Of a stretch of DNA of 64,000 nt, positions 40,383-55,719 are shown one piece after another (position 1 is the first letter of the stretch; each line of letters begins with the position of its first letter). The notes beneath the pieces were generated by a model. It saw nothing but the letters and a program-made list of their open reading frames with translations, had not been told where the DNA came from and ran no database searches. The stretch lies in NCBI RefSeq assembly GCF_009914755.1, contig NC_060926.1, one strand, 5' to 3'. The translations under genes and the position numbers were made by a program. This DNA is from the human T2T-CHM13v2.0 reference genome, Homo sapiens.

Positions 40383-43300
40383 ACATTCTTTCTACACAGG
40401 GAGTTCAAGTTAGAGAGCCCATCAAATCATGCAGGGAAAGGAGATGAAATCCTCTGGGTCCGTCACTGTTTGAGGCAGCCCTAGACACATGCTGAGCTAT
40501 TGTCCCCACTTTGCCAATGCAGACTAAGCTTGTGTCCATGGAAAAGCCCAGTGTGAACTAAGATCACTGGATGCCCACCTTGGTGCTGGGGGCCGGGGCC
40601 CACACAGAAGTCCCAGGCCCAACCTGAGGGGAGCAGGCTATACCAGGCCGAGGATGGCCCCCTTGATTTGGGTGCACACTCAAATGTACAAACTACTGCC
40701 TGCACCACAGAGACTGGCCCGGAGGTGTTATCTTCCCAGAGGGCTGGGCAAAGGGCTATCTTTGAACCAGCTGTTCCCACTCAGGCAAGAGTGGCTTTGC
40801 TGGGCCTCCACTTCCTCCACTGTAAAACGAGGGTGATGCTCTGCCCTGCCCGACCCATCTAGGGTCAGGTGAAGATCAAATGGGATAATAAGATAGAATG
40901 TCTTTTGAAAGACCCACACACGAAGGTGGCATGAGGGATTGTCTTTATGACTATCATGTTCTATGCAGCCCTGACTGTTACGTGCTAGCTGGCTGTCTCA
41001 TCTCCTCGAGGTGTCCTGCGTGCCTGCTGATGGGGATGATTCCAATGACTAAAAGGTACCTGGCCTTCTCCATGCCCAGCTTTACATCCAGTAGAGGCTC
41101 AGGCCACCCTCGATGGCAGCCTGCCCGCTGCGGGCCTGCTTGTCTGCTCAAAGCAGAGGTTGACTTGCGCCCAGGTTGCATTCCAGAAGTCCTGGCCTGC
41201 TTTCTCCACATGGTTAGCTTCGAGCAGTGAGCTTGGGAGCAGCCTTTCTGCGAGTTCTGCCAGGTGAGCCAGCCCGCAGGAGTAGGGGGTATCCCAGGCA
41301 CGCACCTGTGGCTCAGGTTTCTCCCTTGTGGCCCGCTCTCTCCCCACTGCTGTTTTCCAGAGCACCTCCATCCTGCAAGATTGACAGCTCACTCTTGGTA
41401 GGGAACAGAGTGTAGGAAGTGATCGTTTCAAACTTCTCTTGCAGCTCCATCTGCCAAAAGCCCCTCTACCAGTTGCCGTATTTACCCTGGCTGCCAGGCC
41501 TCTCTCAGCTGCCCTAAGAAAACAGATTACCGTCCAGAGCAAAGTCCTCGTGTGTTTCCTTTCTGGAGATGAATCAAGTTCTGAAAGAAAGGTTTCCTGT
41601 AGCCCATTACACCATTTCAGTTTGTTTTATCTGTCTCCACCTGCGGAGCAGGGAATTAACCTGCTGCCCAGGGCCGGGCCAGCGAATGCTTGGAAGGAAA
41701 GCAAAGCGCACGGGTGTGCGTTTTTTGACAACAGACCATGGCCTTGTTCTCCTCAGCAGAGCATTGTCCCCATGAGGCCCAGGCCCAAATCTGAATAGGA
41801 CTTTGTGTAACTCGATCTGTTTTCCTTCTTGGCTATAGTCTCTGTGCCAAATTTAACTGTGGTCTGTATATATAGTGTTGTGGGAGGGTGGGGGTAGACC
41901 AGGGAAGGTTGGGGGAGGGGAGTATATCCATGCAGTTTTTTTCCTGTCTTCCTTTTTTTGTGCTTGCCTGCTTTGCTCACTGTTTGCTATATATAACTCA
42001 ACATGACTGTCCTCGCATCTCCAGTCATTAACCCTTTAGGGATAACTAATGCACCTCTTTATGTAGGCCCCTGGCTGGGAAGCGCTGGCACTGTTGGAGT
42101 TAACGACTGGCCCCTGGAAAGTGAACTTCCCCAGAAGTGCTTGTGAAGCAATTAACAGGGCCCCACTCAGATAGTAAAAATATCCCCTGGCTTACAAACA
42201 AGCAGAGAAGCGCCTCCAAGCCAAGAGTCACCGCTGTGCCCCAGGCATGTAGTGGGCGCTCCCTCTTTGAAAGTCTTGTATCTTAGACTTTGCAGAAATG
42301 CTACGAAAGCTGGTGATGCAGCAACGATTTCAGGGGAGACTGAAATCTATTGTCCAACTGAAAGCCTGTCAGGGCTGGGCCTCTCTCAGGAGGTGAACCA
42401 TCCCAAGGGTCATGGAAAGAGCTACTCATTGTGGGCCTGGGGTGACAGTGACCCATCCTGGGTGAACAGAAGCCTCACTTCACTTTGCCGGAGGGAGACA
42501 GTAGGCTGACAAACTATTGTGGAATCTCCTAAAATTGGTTGCTAAAGGGAGCTTCTCACCAGGGCCAGCTTGCCTGGGCTCTTCTTTCAAAGGGTGGAGT
42601 GTTGTCTGCCAGTCCCCAGGCTCAGGGGATGCAAGTGAAAGGGCTTCGGGCTTTACTGTTCATTTCCTCAGAATCATAGAAGTGCCGAAAATTACAAAAC
42701 TGCGGTCTCCCTGCAAGGGACTCAAGATGTCTTGGGTCATCTTAGGCTATATTTAGAATGGAAAATGTGTTGGCTCTGAGGAAACAGGGTATGTGTCCTT
42801 CTCCAAGCAGGATGCTATGAACCTTGCCCCATAGGCCCTCCTACCCATCCTCACAGAGCCCTGAAACTCCTCCTCCAGGAACCCTTCCAGCCAGTGGGAA
42901 GACCCCACAGATAGGACCCAGTTTCCCCTGTGAATCAACTTCTCTAGCACGTCCCACTGCCCAGGGCTGGGAAGGTCCAGTGTGCCCAGTGTGGCACTGT
43001 TTTCCAGGGCTGGATGCATGTTTGGTCCTCCAGTGGGAACTCTGCTATCGTCCCTGCTTCACCAGGAGTGATGATGGGGACAGGCACGGCAGAGAGTGGA
43101 CACAGGGATCCTGGCCTTAGGGGGCAGTCACTCATCCAGCTCACTTGTACATACGTCACCATGGACACAGAGGTTTTCAGTATGTTAACGATTTGCACAG
43201 TCCACATCAGCATCCCGTTAACTTTCTTTTTGTAACCCTCAGCATGGTTTTAAGAACCTGGAAGTTTATTGCGTAACTGTTTTGCTTGTGAAGTTGCACA

Positions 43301-43593
43301 TGATTTCTCAGAAAGATCAACTCAAACCCACCTTGTCACCCCTCTCCACCCAGGCCCCACTTCCTGCTTTGCTGGGGCTGGGGGGTCAGAAGTAACATAG
43401 CTAGAGACAGATGTCCATCATCTGTGCTTGTGATGACAAAAGGAGGTAACAGGAGTACAGTCAGACCCTCACTCCTTGGAGCCCTGTTGTGAGCCGCTCA
43501 TGGCATGCACCATTCTCTGTCCTCACAACAGCTCAGATGGGTAGGAATTATTGGATTCTTTCTCTAAACGGGAAACCAGGGGTTTTAGGTGCC

Positions 43594-43737
43594 TTATCCA
43601 TGGACCCTGCCCTCACCTCCCTCACCCAGTGCCCCCCTGTGCCTTGCTGGCTCTATCTGTGAAATTTATCCATGGACCCTGCCCTCACCTTCCTCACCCA
43701 GTGCCTCCCTGTGCCTTGCTGGCTCTATCTGTGAAAT
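43594..43737. repeat. 72-bp direct tandem duplication, 2 mismatches
   Basis: ttatccatggaccctgccctcacct...ctctatctgtgaaat at 43594-43665 and 43666-43737. Confidence 0.95.
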
Positions 43738-43960
43738 GTCTCAAGAGTCCATCCTGTTGTCTCCCATCCCATGTCTCCCACTTGGCCCACAGTCCAGACT
43801 CTTACCTGTCCAGACTCCTACTCCAGAGAGAGCCGGCAAGATCTTTGGGAAAGGCACATTGAGCCATGTCCTTCTCCCCCTTGGAACTCAACAGTGGCTT
43901 CCTGTCACTCTGAGAACAGAATGCAGCCTCCTCCCTGTGCATGACAAGCACCTCCCTGAG
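43700..43960 (+). mobile_element. L2 fragment
   Basis: gagccatgtccttctcccccttggaactcaacagtggcttcctgtcactctgagaacagaatgcagcctcct resembles L2. Confidence 0.55.
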
Positions 43961-45914
43961 GTCACAGCTGTGGCTCCCTGACTCTGCACTGGTCCAGTCC
44001 AGCCTCAAGGCCTTAAATTTGCCACTCCAGACCCCTGGTTTGGACCCTGGACTCTGAATACATTCTGGTCTTTTCCTCAGGGAGGTCGAGGCACTGTCCT
44101 AGCTTGTGACCTGCTCCCATACCTATTTTCTCAGGGTGGAAGCAGACGCTCCAACTCCCACACTGTGAGGCTGGTACCATTACCTCCAAGACCCAAAGCC
44201 TGTAGGAAGTATAGCAGGCCTCACCCAATACCCTGCAGTTCCCTCACTTGCTCCAAGTGGGAGGTGGGTCTTCACGGGTCCCCAAGATGAGGGTCAGTGG
44301 CTTTCCTCTTTCACAGGCTACAGTGGGAGCGAGTCTTCCACCATGGGACCTCTGGCCAGATCTCAGGGCTCTGTGGTTGGGGGAAAATGGCTCTCTTTCA
44401 TGGGGCTTTAAGACATGAACTGACATGACATGTCCTAGAGACTATCCAGAGAGCATGTGGATCACTTTTTGCTGCTTTAGATCACCTTCTTTAAAATCAA
44501 TGCATTGACATACTTTCAGCACTTAAATTTTCGTATTCTATTATCGCATCATCTCAGAAGAAAAGTCTTTCATAATTAATGAATCTCAGGTTGGGTTAAA
44601 TATTCAGTGGCTGCCCACACACCACTTACTCTATTGCTTCAAAATAATTGGCTTTCACTTATCAGGTCTACTAGAATGACTGTCTTAAACCAGTCACGTG
44701 GTGGAAGCATCACCATGTTTCTTGCTCAGAAAATACCCTTTCAAGGGCTTTTCTAGGGGAGCCGGAACAGTAGCCAATTCTAGTGGGACCTTTAAGAAAC
44801 AACTTTGCCCAGGATGATATTTGAGCCCCCTAAAGGGCCAATAGGGGTCCCTCTATTCAACTTTCCCTCCGAGTCCCACCAACCTCCCCACTTTGGTTCC
44901 ATACAGCTTGGATTATTGCCCTACTAGTTCAAAACTGAAAGTTTCAAATAAAAACCAAAAGACAAATGTTAAGTCACATTGAATTGATAACTGAGACAAT
45001 CTGTCAAGCATATTTTGCTTTCCTGATTTTTCAAAAAAACCCTAATGTTGCACCTTCCTTGTTGTCAGTTTAGTACGTTAACATTTTTTTAATTAAACTT
45101 CAGTATCATTGAACAGGTCATAGAGTGTGAGCAATATTGTCTTTGTTCCAAAACTCCAAATGTAATGAAGCTGCCATTCACAATTGTTTTCCGCTGGGCT
45201 GCTTATTTTAAAAAAATGATTTTGATGAATAAAAATAGGTGCATTTTCACAGCGTGGGGTCCAGCAAGAATGAAAACCTTACGGATCACAGCCCGGCCCC
45301 TGGGGGTGCGGGAGGAGGTGTTGTCAGATGTCAATTTTGGCTGATTGTTTTTGAGGCCATGAGACTGCCATTCCTGTGTCCTGTGGTGCATTTTAGAGAC
45401 TGATGTCACTTTTTTGAGATAAATTATTAGAGAAATGTTTATAGATGAATATACATTTCACAGTGTGCCAGAGTTGAGGAGTCTAATGAAGTTTAGAAGG
45501 GACACTGGGATGAGGGTGCTGAGCTGCGGTGCCTGTGGCCTGTGACAGACACCTCCTGCACCAGGAGGCAAGGATCCTGATGGTCAGATGCTCAGTCCCC
45601 AACAAGAGGGGGTTCAAAGCCAGTGCAGCCCCTTCCTCCCACCGCTGGGGGCAGCAAAGGACCCACAGTGGAGATTGCAAACTATAGCAGGGGCTGTGCT
45701 TTGTGTTTGTTTTCAATATTTGAGCCATCATACAAAAATCTAGTGATTTCTCATTCTCTATACAAAAACCAGAAGATCTGGGCCACAAGGTCTGCATTTT
45801 CCCCAGTATCAGTCTGCTATGGCCCCATATTAGCTGCCTAGGGCCCCTCACTCCTGCTCCTGCTAGACCCTGTGGATATTTGAGTCATGACCTTGCCTCA
45901 AGGCTTATTCATGT

Positions 45915-46034
45915 ATTATTTGTTTATTTATTGTTAACATAGGAAGGGTCTTGCTCTGTTGCCCAGGCTGGAGTGCAGTGGCACAATCATAGCTCACTGC
46001 AGCCTTGAACTCCTGGGCTCAAGTGATGCTCCTG
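45915..46034 (-). mobile_element. Truncated old Alu monomer (FRAM/FLAM/AluJ 3' part)
   Basis: agggtcttgctctgttgcccaggctggagtgcagtggcacaatcatagctcactgcagccttgaactcctgggctcaagtgat. Confidence 0.85.
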
Positions 46035-47189
46035 TTAAGGCATATTTAGATGGGAGGAAACATCTTTCTTCCTTTAGAGCATCTAATTATTGGCATGGCC
46101 CTGGACAAATTATCCTAGAGCCTGGAGCCTCAATTTGCTCATCTCTGTAAGGGGGGTGACAATGCAACCTCATAGGGTGGTTGTGAGTACTACATAGAAA
46201 AAGACTCCAGAAGGAGCACAGGGCCTCCATTGGGAGCCCCTCAGCCAACACTCCCTCCTTGCTGCCTGCACAGCCTCAAGAGAACATGGAGTCCTTTGGG
46301 ATGCTGAAAACTGTAAGGAAGACAACTGTGCATTCTCTGTGTAAGCAGTGTGCACACTGTCTTCCTCCTAAATGGCTAGTTGGAGGAGTGAAGACAGACT
46401 CACTCAGAAATGGGTGATTCCCTGGCTGCAGTCTCCTCTCTGATAACAAAGGACTGGGCCCAGATTAGAGACGAGGCAGGAATTATGTGCTGCAGAAAGG
46501 CGGTGGGGACATCTTGAGTTTGTTTGTAGCTAATCTCAAATAATTCAGGTCTTTTCCATTTGCAGCAAATCTGATTCCCTCAACACATCTGTGGTAAAAT
46601 GTTATGAGTGCATGCGGAGACCAAGTGTGGAGGGGATTTTTTTTTCCACCACCAAATCCATAGTTACCCTCCAAGTTGTAATCTTATCATATTTAACTGG
46701 TTCCACATAAACAGATCTATGTATATTTTCAGTAGTTTCAGCTGAAACCTGTTAAGAACAGATGTGCCAATGGTTCCCTGGCACTGATCCATTTAAATAT
46801 ATTTTTTCCACGAACAGGTTTTTCTCTCTCCCTTTCCTTAGAGGGGAGAAAAAATATGAAAGTGGAACCACCATTAAAGTGGATATTACATGCTTCTGTG
46901 TTCTCTGCAACCAGTGTTTGCCATTGGTTTTCCAACAGCAATTTGGCACATGAGGCTATGAACACAGAGTGTGCATTTGATGGACAGTATTTGCTCTGAG
47001 ACTGTGTGGCTGGGAGAATGGGCTGAGAGCTCTGTAGTTGCTACCTAAGCTAGGGTCAGCCAGGGTTAGTTTTTCCCTGCTGCTGCTGCTAAGCAGCCCC
47101 TGGGCAAAGGCTTCAGCAGGCCGTCTGCCTCTTTGAGCCTTTAGTTTTTCAGTTGCAAACAAAAAAAAAAGGTCCAGGGAGTGGGAAGA

Positions 47190-48340
<1,151 letters not shown>

Positions 48341-51304
48341 AGGGGAGAGGGTCTAATTTGTGACACCAACCTCATCGATGGGGGAAGGATTCAAAAGAGA
48401 GGTGCACATTCAGCCAGACACTGAGCCTGTTGCCCGTGGGGATTATGCCTAAGAGGAATGAGATAGGAGGGGTTATGTTTTCTCAGCTTTGAATTTCTTT
48501 CTCAAGAACACTCCTCTGTCCACCTTCCCATTGCCCACACGACAGAGTTCACCAGGCCTCCTAGCTCTCTACCAGCCTATAGCCATCTGCAGGAATGTCC
48601 TCACTGGGCCCTTTGGGCCATGCCCTGTGTCTGTGACTCTGGGGCCTAGCACTCTGACCCACTGGCCTGTGTTCCTCTCTGGTTGGAAGACAGTGCAAAA
48701 GGGACCTATTCCACCTTCAGTGGCCTCCGAGTAACCCACCTGCTCCAGTCTGCAGATTTCCATCTCACTGACTTTGCCCTGGCACTGGGAGGGGGGAAGT
48801 GAGGGCTGCAGGTAGGAGTTTGATGGCAGATGAGCCTCAGGGGTTCAATGTCAGCTGGGAGAAGCAAGGCCACTTCCAGACTCAGTTCTGCCACTGTCTG
48901 GCAGTGAGGCTCTGGGCAAACCATTTTGCTTTGTCTCTGGTAAAAGAAGGCTGTGGGCAGGATTGGGCTTTGTAATTGCCAAAGATTCCAGATCTTTGAG
49001 GGGCTCTGTCTTCCTAAATTCTGCTAGCCTCTGCAGGACAGTATCAGGGAAACTTAACATGCCTGTGTTTCGTAGTGAACAGGATATCTAGGGTTGAGAA
49101 TTACTGCGAACACTGTTATGTTGTCACGTGAGCTGGGGCTCCATGGTGATGCACCCTGGGCTCCCAGAACAATGTGAAGCACTGAGATGCCCTGCACCTG
49201 GGCCTGGGTCAGAATCCTGGTAGAGGGGTCTTTGGCAAGGACAGGAGAGGACCTCCTTGGGATTGGACTCAGCTGAGCAGCAGGATGCCTGGTTGGCTTG
49301 GGAGGTGAGATTAACTTCCTGGGGGCAAAAAGGAGCCATATTTGTCTTAATGAGGAGAAAAGAGCAAAATCAAAGCATTCGTTAACACTTCAAAGAGGAT
49401 AAAAGAACATGTTCGGTTCACAATTACTGCCTCCCTAACCAGGCAAGTGTATGATGGAGAATCCTGTTATCCTAATTCAAGAGGACAATGCCAAAGGCTT
49501 CTCTTGCTGGCTGAGAATTGTTGGGGAGCTCCCTGCCCACGGAGGGCCTGTTTGCCAGATCCCCAGCCCCCTGCAGACCTCTGATCTGTGAGGAGCTGGT
49601 TCTAGTGATTCACACTTGCTTGTGAAAACCTTGATCTTCATCAAGCTTTTAAAAAAATCTCATCCGTATTTTTTCCCAATTATTTTCCTGCCTGCTCTTT
49701 TTTTTTTCAAAAGTAAACACTCAAAAGCCTTCATTTCTATAACTAATTCTGGAGTTTACAGAAGCAAAAATCAATAGGCTCAAAACTCCATTCCTTTATT
49801 CACTTGGCTCAGACTGGCTTGGGGCAGCACCTCTGAGCCCAAGCCAGAAATTGCCAAAAGGGGGTTCCTGTCGGAATCTTGGAGCTCATCCCCCAAACTT
49901 GAGATTACTGAGCAAGTGAGCAAGATGTCTCTGTCTGGTCCAGGAAGATGTCAGCCCCACACTGCCCCTCCCAGATAAAGAGATCAACACGGGACAGGTC
50001 AGACTCTCCCATTCTGTCTCCACCTTTGCCAGTCTGCTTCTAGATCCCCTTCATGTACTCATGTTGCTGCCCTCCATTCACTAGATTTTCAGAATCTATT
50101 TACATCCATCCACCACATCCACCACTCTGTTTTCCAAATATTATCACAATCAGCACAGTAGTGCTTCCCCCCGAAAGACTGGCAGCTCTCTGACCTTTCT
50201 TTTCAGCTACAAATGAAAGGGGACTTAAAAGCTGTGTGTGCATGTGTGTGCACACGCCTGACTAATGGACACACTCCTCATGAAAAACAGGATAAATTAC
50301 AGAGAATGGCAAAGTAATGATTACAGAAAGGTATATGAGGCAGAACCCATTAGTGAGCTGCATTTTGTTCAAAACCGAGATACTGGCAGGCAGAATAACA
50401 TGCCTTTGTACCAGAACGCATTCAGCTGTAGCAATGACTAATAAAGTAGTGAGGATCTGTGCACATTTTCCCCCTTTTGTGCCTATTTTCATAAGTTAAT
50501 AACTCAAGCATGAAAATTGTTTTAAGGCTGAAGACTGGTGGTAAGATCTGGTCAAACTGTGTGGGAAACAACTTTTGTTGTTGTTGTTACTTAATTTAGT
50601 TTGGCTGTTTTTAAGTTAGAGGAGTGGAAATGTCAATGTCAATGTGAGTCTTGCAATGTGTTTTTGTTAAGCCCAAGAGCATTTGGGATTGCATCATACA
50701 AAGCACATTTTTAATGACTAGAGATCATAGTTTCTCTTCCTACAGGTGTATGTTCCTATTTGGTACAGGTTGGGATTGTTGGGGAGGGAGGAGGAGATGG
50801 AAGCAAAATCTTATAAATGACATCATCCTGGGCTTACCCTTCTTCAGCTAGAAAATTCCTATCCCACCAGCAAATCAGCCTGGTGAGCAAACAGCTGCCT
50901 TAGACAAATGGGGTTGAGTGTAGGGGTGAAACCTGCTGCAGGATTTTAGTAAATTCTCAGAGCAATGGAAGGAACAGAAATATCATGAATAATTGTCATA
51001 CCTCTCATTCCTACAGGACTCAGGTTTTGTGAGCATTTTCCTGTCCATAGAACCAGAGAAAGTCTAAGTTAAGGGTACCAGATTTTGCATAACTCCTCTT
51101 TCTTCTTGCCTTTTCTTTTCTTTTTATTGGATGAGAAGACTTTGAAAGACACAGAAAAACACAGAGAATAACATAAATACCTGTGTAGCCACATTCTAGG
51201 AGTAACAACTGTAATATTTTATAATGCTTACTGCAATTTATTTTTTAAAAATAAAATAACTGAAGCATTACTGATAAAGATGTATCATCTCCTTTATCTC
51301 ACAG

Positions 51305-51393
51305 ACAAGCAAAGTGGATCAGCAAAGGCTGCAGTCACCAGCATCTTTTCCAACCTTAATGAACTGTATCCTCAAAAGAACACTATCAGACTG
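51305..51393 (+). ncRNA. CYTOR: Internal 89-nt exon of the lncRNA CYTOR (LINC00152) or its paralog MIR4435-2HG
   Basis: Acceptor catctcctttatctcacag| and donor CTG|gtaaga are seen directly. The exon sequence ACAAGCAAAGTGGATCAGC...ACTATCAGACTG is recognised from memory as CYTOR/MIR4435-2HG cDNA, and both loci are known to lie with LIS1 pseudogenes on chr2. Not database-verified. Confidence 0.7.
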
Positions 51394-52289
51394 GTAAGAC
51401 AAGCATTATTGTCCCACTTCACAGATGAAGAGCTTGGGGGCCCTGTGGATGTGTAGGAGAGTCGGCCTTCCTTTTTATAGGCCTTTTGCTGAGCTCAGAG
51501 GACAGAGCAGAAGACAAAGCCGAAAGCAGCCCTAAGCAGACACTATCCCAGCCCAAGGAGCTATGCAGACAGCTCCTGCCTAGAGGAGAAACAATTCTCT
51601 CCTTCAGCCAGGCATGTGGCACAGAGGTGAACAGGAAATGCTTAGGGAGACAGTTCACAGATATATATGTACTTCACAGGGCACAATTTAATCCATAAAT
51701 CAATCATGGATCACTGCTAAAGAAAACAAAATATGCTGCCACTAATTTGCCACCACCCTGTGAGCATGATTGGATGATGTTTATTTTGATTAGGAGATTG
51801 CTCCATTTATAAATCTTCAATACATCCTGTCCCCCTAAAACGGCATCTGGATCTTTTGAGGGTTAAAAAAAAAAAAAGTGAAATTGGATGAGGGATGAGA
51901 GCTGGACTTCTGTGTGTCCCGGGGTCTCTGGATCCACAGCCTGGTGCCTAGCATCAGTTAAGCCCACGCTGGGGTCGCATCACATCCCGCAAAGCCACGT
52001 GCTCTGTGAGGCCAACAGGAGCCCCGCCGGGTGGACCAGCTGGAATCTCAGAGAGCGCCGACTCTGAAAATACCCGGCTCTGCAGAAGCACGCTGGGCCC
52101 AGGGGGCTTCTAGACTGACAGCTCCATTTATCAACTACCTATTGGTTTTAAAAATTGGAGTGTCTTTTCCGCGTTGACTGATTTTGGCTCTAAGAGATGT
52201 CGCTGGTCATTTCAGAGTGACTGAACCTCCCCTCTAACAGATCCCGGGAATTGTTTTCAGGAAAGGTAAAAGGCAGCCTTTTCTGTCAC

Positions 52290-52660
52290 AACACAACGCT
52301 GAGCCGGCAGCCTGGCTCTGTCAGGATCTGGGGCTCCAGCGCCCGAGAAGCCCAGCCTCGCCGGCGGCCAAGTTCACCGCGAGGCCACGCGCTGCCTGCG
52401 CTGCGCTCCCGGACCCGCACCGACCGCAGCGCGCGCCGCCGGTGCTTCTCCCACCCCAGCCTGGAAGCTGCCTCCCTCCGCCTATCCCTGCAGGATAAGA
52501 AGCCCGAGGAGGCGGAGCATGGAACTCGACAGTTAAAACATTTAAGAGAGAAAACCTAGTGTCTTGCTGGCCTGAAATCGAGTACGCAGCCCGGGGTGAT
52601 CAGGGTCTCCCGGCCCGGATGTGTGAGACTTGCTTCCCCTGGGCAATAGGCGATACGATG
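52290..52660. promoter_or_regulatory. Intragenic CpG island (CpG-enriched shoulder from ~51915)
   Basis: About 30 CpGs counted by eye in ~370 bp of GC-rich non-repeat sequence in an otherwise CpG-poor window. Confidence 0.85.
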
Positions 52661-52673
52661 CTTTAGGAGGAAG
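52494..52673 (+). ncRNA. CYTOR: Candidate 180-nt exon of CYTOR/MIR4435-2HG within the CpG island
   Basis: Acceptor cctccctccgcctatccctgcag| and weaker donor AAG|gtatct. The sequence cggagcatggaactcgacag...cccggatgtgtgagacttg is recalled as MIR4435-2HG transcript. The 3' boundary is uncertain and may extend to AAG|gtccgt at 53319. Confidence 0.55.
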
Positions 52674-53778
52674 GTATCTCTCCCTCCTAAGCCCCGGAGG
52701 GGAGAACTTCCAAAGACAGAAAACCACAGGGTTCCTGGCACAGAGCTTTCCCTTTATCAGCTAAAGCAGAATCTTTTCTGGCCTTAACCTGGCCCCTTCC
52801 TCTAACTGTAGGCAGAGAGGCAGACAGAAAAGCACTTGCTGAAACACAAAGTTTTGTTCTGTCCTCAACGAACTGTCTAGAGTTGATTGCTGATAGTCGT
52901 GGTGCATTATGCCTTCCTGGTTTTCATTTAATTGGGCACCACGCTGCCTTTCAAGACGCCTTAAAGGAACCAACAACCAAATCCAAGAGAGCTGGACAGA
53001 CCATTGAACACACAGTAGGCTGTGTCTCGTGGCTTTCGTTGTCTGGTGCCTCAAAGAAAACACCAGAAAGATTGTTTCTAAGCTAGAGCCACCCCAGATT
53101 GCTTAAAGTGCAAAGCTCACTGCTGTTGGGGGTACCCTTGTGAGACACTGGAAAGCTGGTTTTACCGTGGCCCTATGAAGAGGAAGACTGAAATTTAGAC
53201 AGTAATACCTTTACTAGGATTGGAAAAGATTTGGTTAATGACAGCCCTGTTATTTCTAAAACCCATTATCACTGTATGAGAGATTCCTTTGCGCTGCATC
53301 CTCGACAGTGCTTCCTAAGGTCCGTCTTTTCTATTGTATTCATTTTAATGGGTGCATAGCCGTATCTCGTTGTGATTTTAATGTGCATCTCCCTAGTGAC
53401 TAATAATGATGGGACGCTTTTCATATACTTGTTTGTCATTCATAACTCTTCCTTGGTGAAATGTCTGTTTAGATATTTTGTCCATTTTTTTTATTTGGAT
53501 TGTTTGATTTCTTATTATTGAGTTTTGGGAGTTCTTTATGTATTGTGGATACAAGTTCCTTATTAGGTGTATGATTTGCAAATATTTTCTTCAAGCCTGT
53601 AGCTTGTTCTTTCATTTTCTTAACAATGTCTTTTGTTTTTAATTTCAAAGAAATCCAATTTGTCAATATTTTCTTTTACAGATTATGCTTTTGATGTAAG
53701 AAATCTTTGCCTAACCTAAGTCACAACAATATTCTCCTAGAAGCTGTAGAAATTTCAATCTGTAATGATCAATTTTGA

Positions 53779-54095
<317 letters not shown>

Positions 54096-54289
54096 CAGAA
54101 CTTATTTTTAAATATGGTGTGAGGCATGGAGCAAAGTTTACTTTTTTACATGTGTTTACCCAATTGTTCCCTCAACATTTGTTGAAAAGACATTTCTCCA
54201 CTGCATTGTTTTATGTCTTTGTTGAAAATCAGTGTATTTTTGGACTCTTGATTCTAACGTTCCATTGATGTTTGTCTTGATTTATTTTT

Positions 54290-54830
54290 TTGGCCTTGAA
54301 ACAACAATTTATTTTCATCTCTCATGATATTGGAGGTTGGCCAGGTTCAGCTGGGCAATTCTTACTTGGGTTCTCTCATGCATTTGCAGTTGGATGATGG
54401 CTGGAGCAGCAATCTGGAGGCTCAAGGAGGCTGAAGGCCACATATGACTCCTTCATTTCCATATCTAGCACCTCAGTGGAGTAGGCTGGAACAGCTGGGG
54501 AATGATTGAGCTTCTAATTCTCTCCCTACCTCCTATCTATGTGTCTAGTTTTCACTTCTTCACAGTACGGCATTCTCAGGAAAGTCAGACTTCTTAGTAG
54601 TGGCTTACCCTAGAATGACTTTTCCAAAAGCACATGTTTCAAGAGACCCAGGCAGAAGCTGCAAAGTTTCCTGTGACCTAGCTTACACATCCTATAGTTT
54701 CTTTTGCCATATTCTGTAAGGAAAGCAAGTTGCTATGGCCAGACCAGGTTGAAGGAGAAGGGTATGAGACTCTACCTCTCGATTTCAGGAGCATTATTAC
54801 GGAGAGGGAAGGATTGTTGGTTGCTTCTGT
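54290..54830 (-). mobile_element. Old MLT1 (MLT1H-like) LTR
   Basis: aaacaacaatttattttcatctctcatga...cagctgggcaattcttacttggg...caggcagaagctgcaaag...gacctagc. Confidence 0.65.
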
Positions 54831-55719
54831 ATAAGCAATGCCAATAATAGAAGGCTCCACTGTCCTGATTAATGTAGCTTTATAACAAGTCTCAAAATCA
54901 AGCAATGTTAGTCCTTCAACTTTGTTCTTCCTTTACAAAGTTGTTTTGACTGTGCTAGGTCCCTTCCATTTACATTCGAATTTTAGAATCAGTTTGTCAA
55001 TTTCTACCAAAAAGAAAGCCCTTATGAAATTTTGATCAAGATTGCATTGAATTTATGGATCAATTTAATGAGAACTTACAATTCAAATTATTTTAAGATC
55101 AATTTGGTGAAAATTTACACCTTAAAAATATTGAGTCTTTTGACCTATGAACCTACTTAGGTTTTCTTTAATTTATTTTAGCAATTACATTATAATTCTC
55201 AATGTATAGATCTTTCTATCTTTTATCACATTTGCCCTATTTTATACGTTTTGACCCATTATAAATGGTATTTTTAAAATTTCAATTTCCGGTTGTTCTT
55301 TGCAAGTATATAGAAACATAATTGATTTCTGTACATTAGCCTTATATTCTATATTTTTGCTAAAGTCACATTTTTAGTTCTAGTAGTCTTTTTTTCATAG
55401 GATTTTCTGCATACACACTCATGTCATCTACAAATAAAGATGGCTTTTCTTCTTTATTTCCAATCTCAATCTCTTTTGTTTCCATTTCTTGCTGTTGCAC
55501 TGGATAGCACCTTCAGTACAATGTTGAATTTGTGAGAGTTTCTGATCTTAAGAGGAAAACACTCAGTCTTTCACCATTAAGAATGATGTTACCTATAGGC
55601 TTTTCATAGATGTTCCCTTAGCAGGTTGAAGAAGTTTCCATCTATTCTTAGTTTGCTAGACTTTTTATCAGGAACGTTTGCTGAGTTTTATCAAATTTTT
55701 TTCTGCATCTATTGAGACA

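Noticed and set aside
43551-43981. ORFs with a 24-aa internal repeat
   Set aside because: A by-product of the 72-bp duplication being a multiple of three.
52251-52559. 102-aa Arg/Pro-rich ORF in the CpG island
   Set aside because: TTG start; stop-codon scarcity is expected from high GC content.
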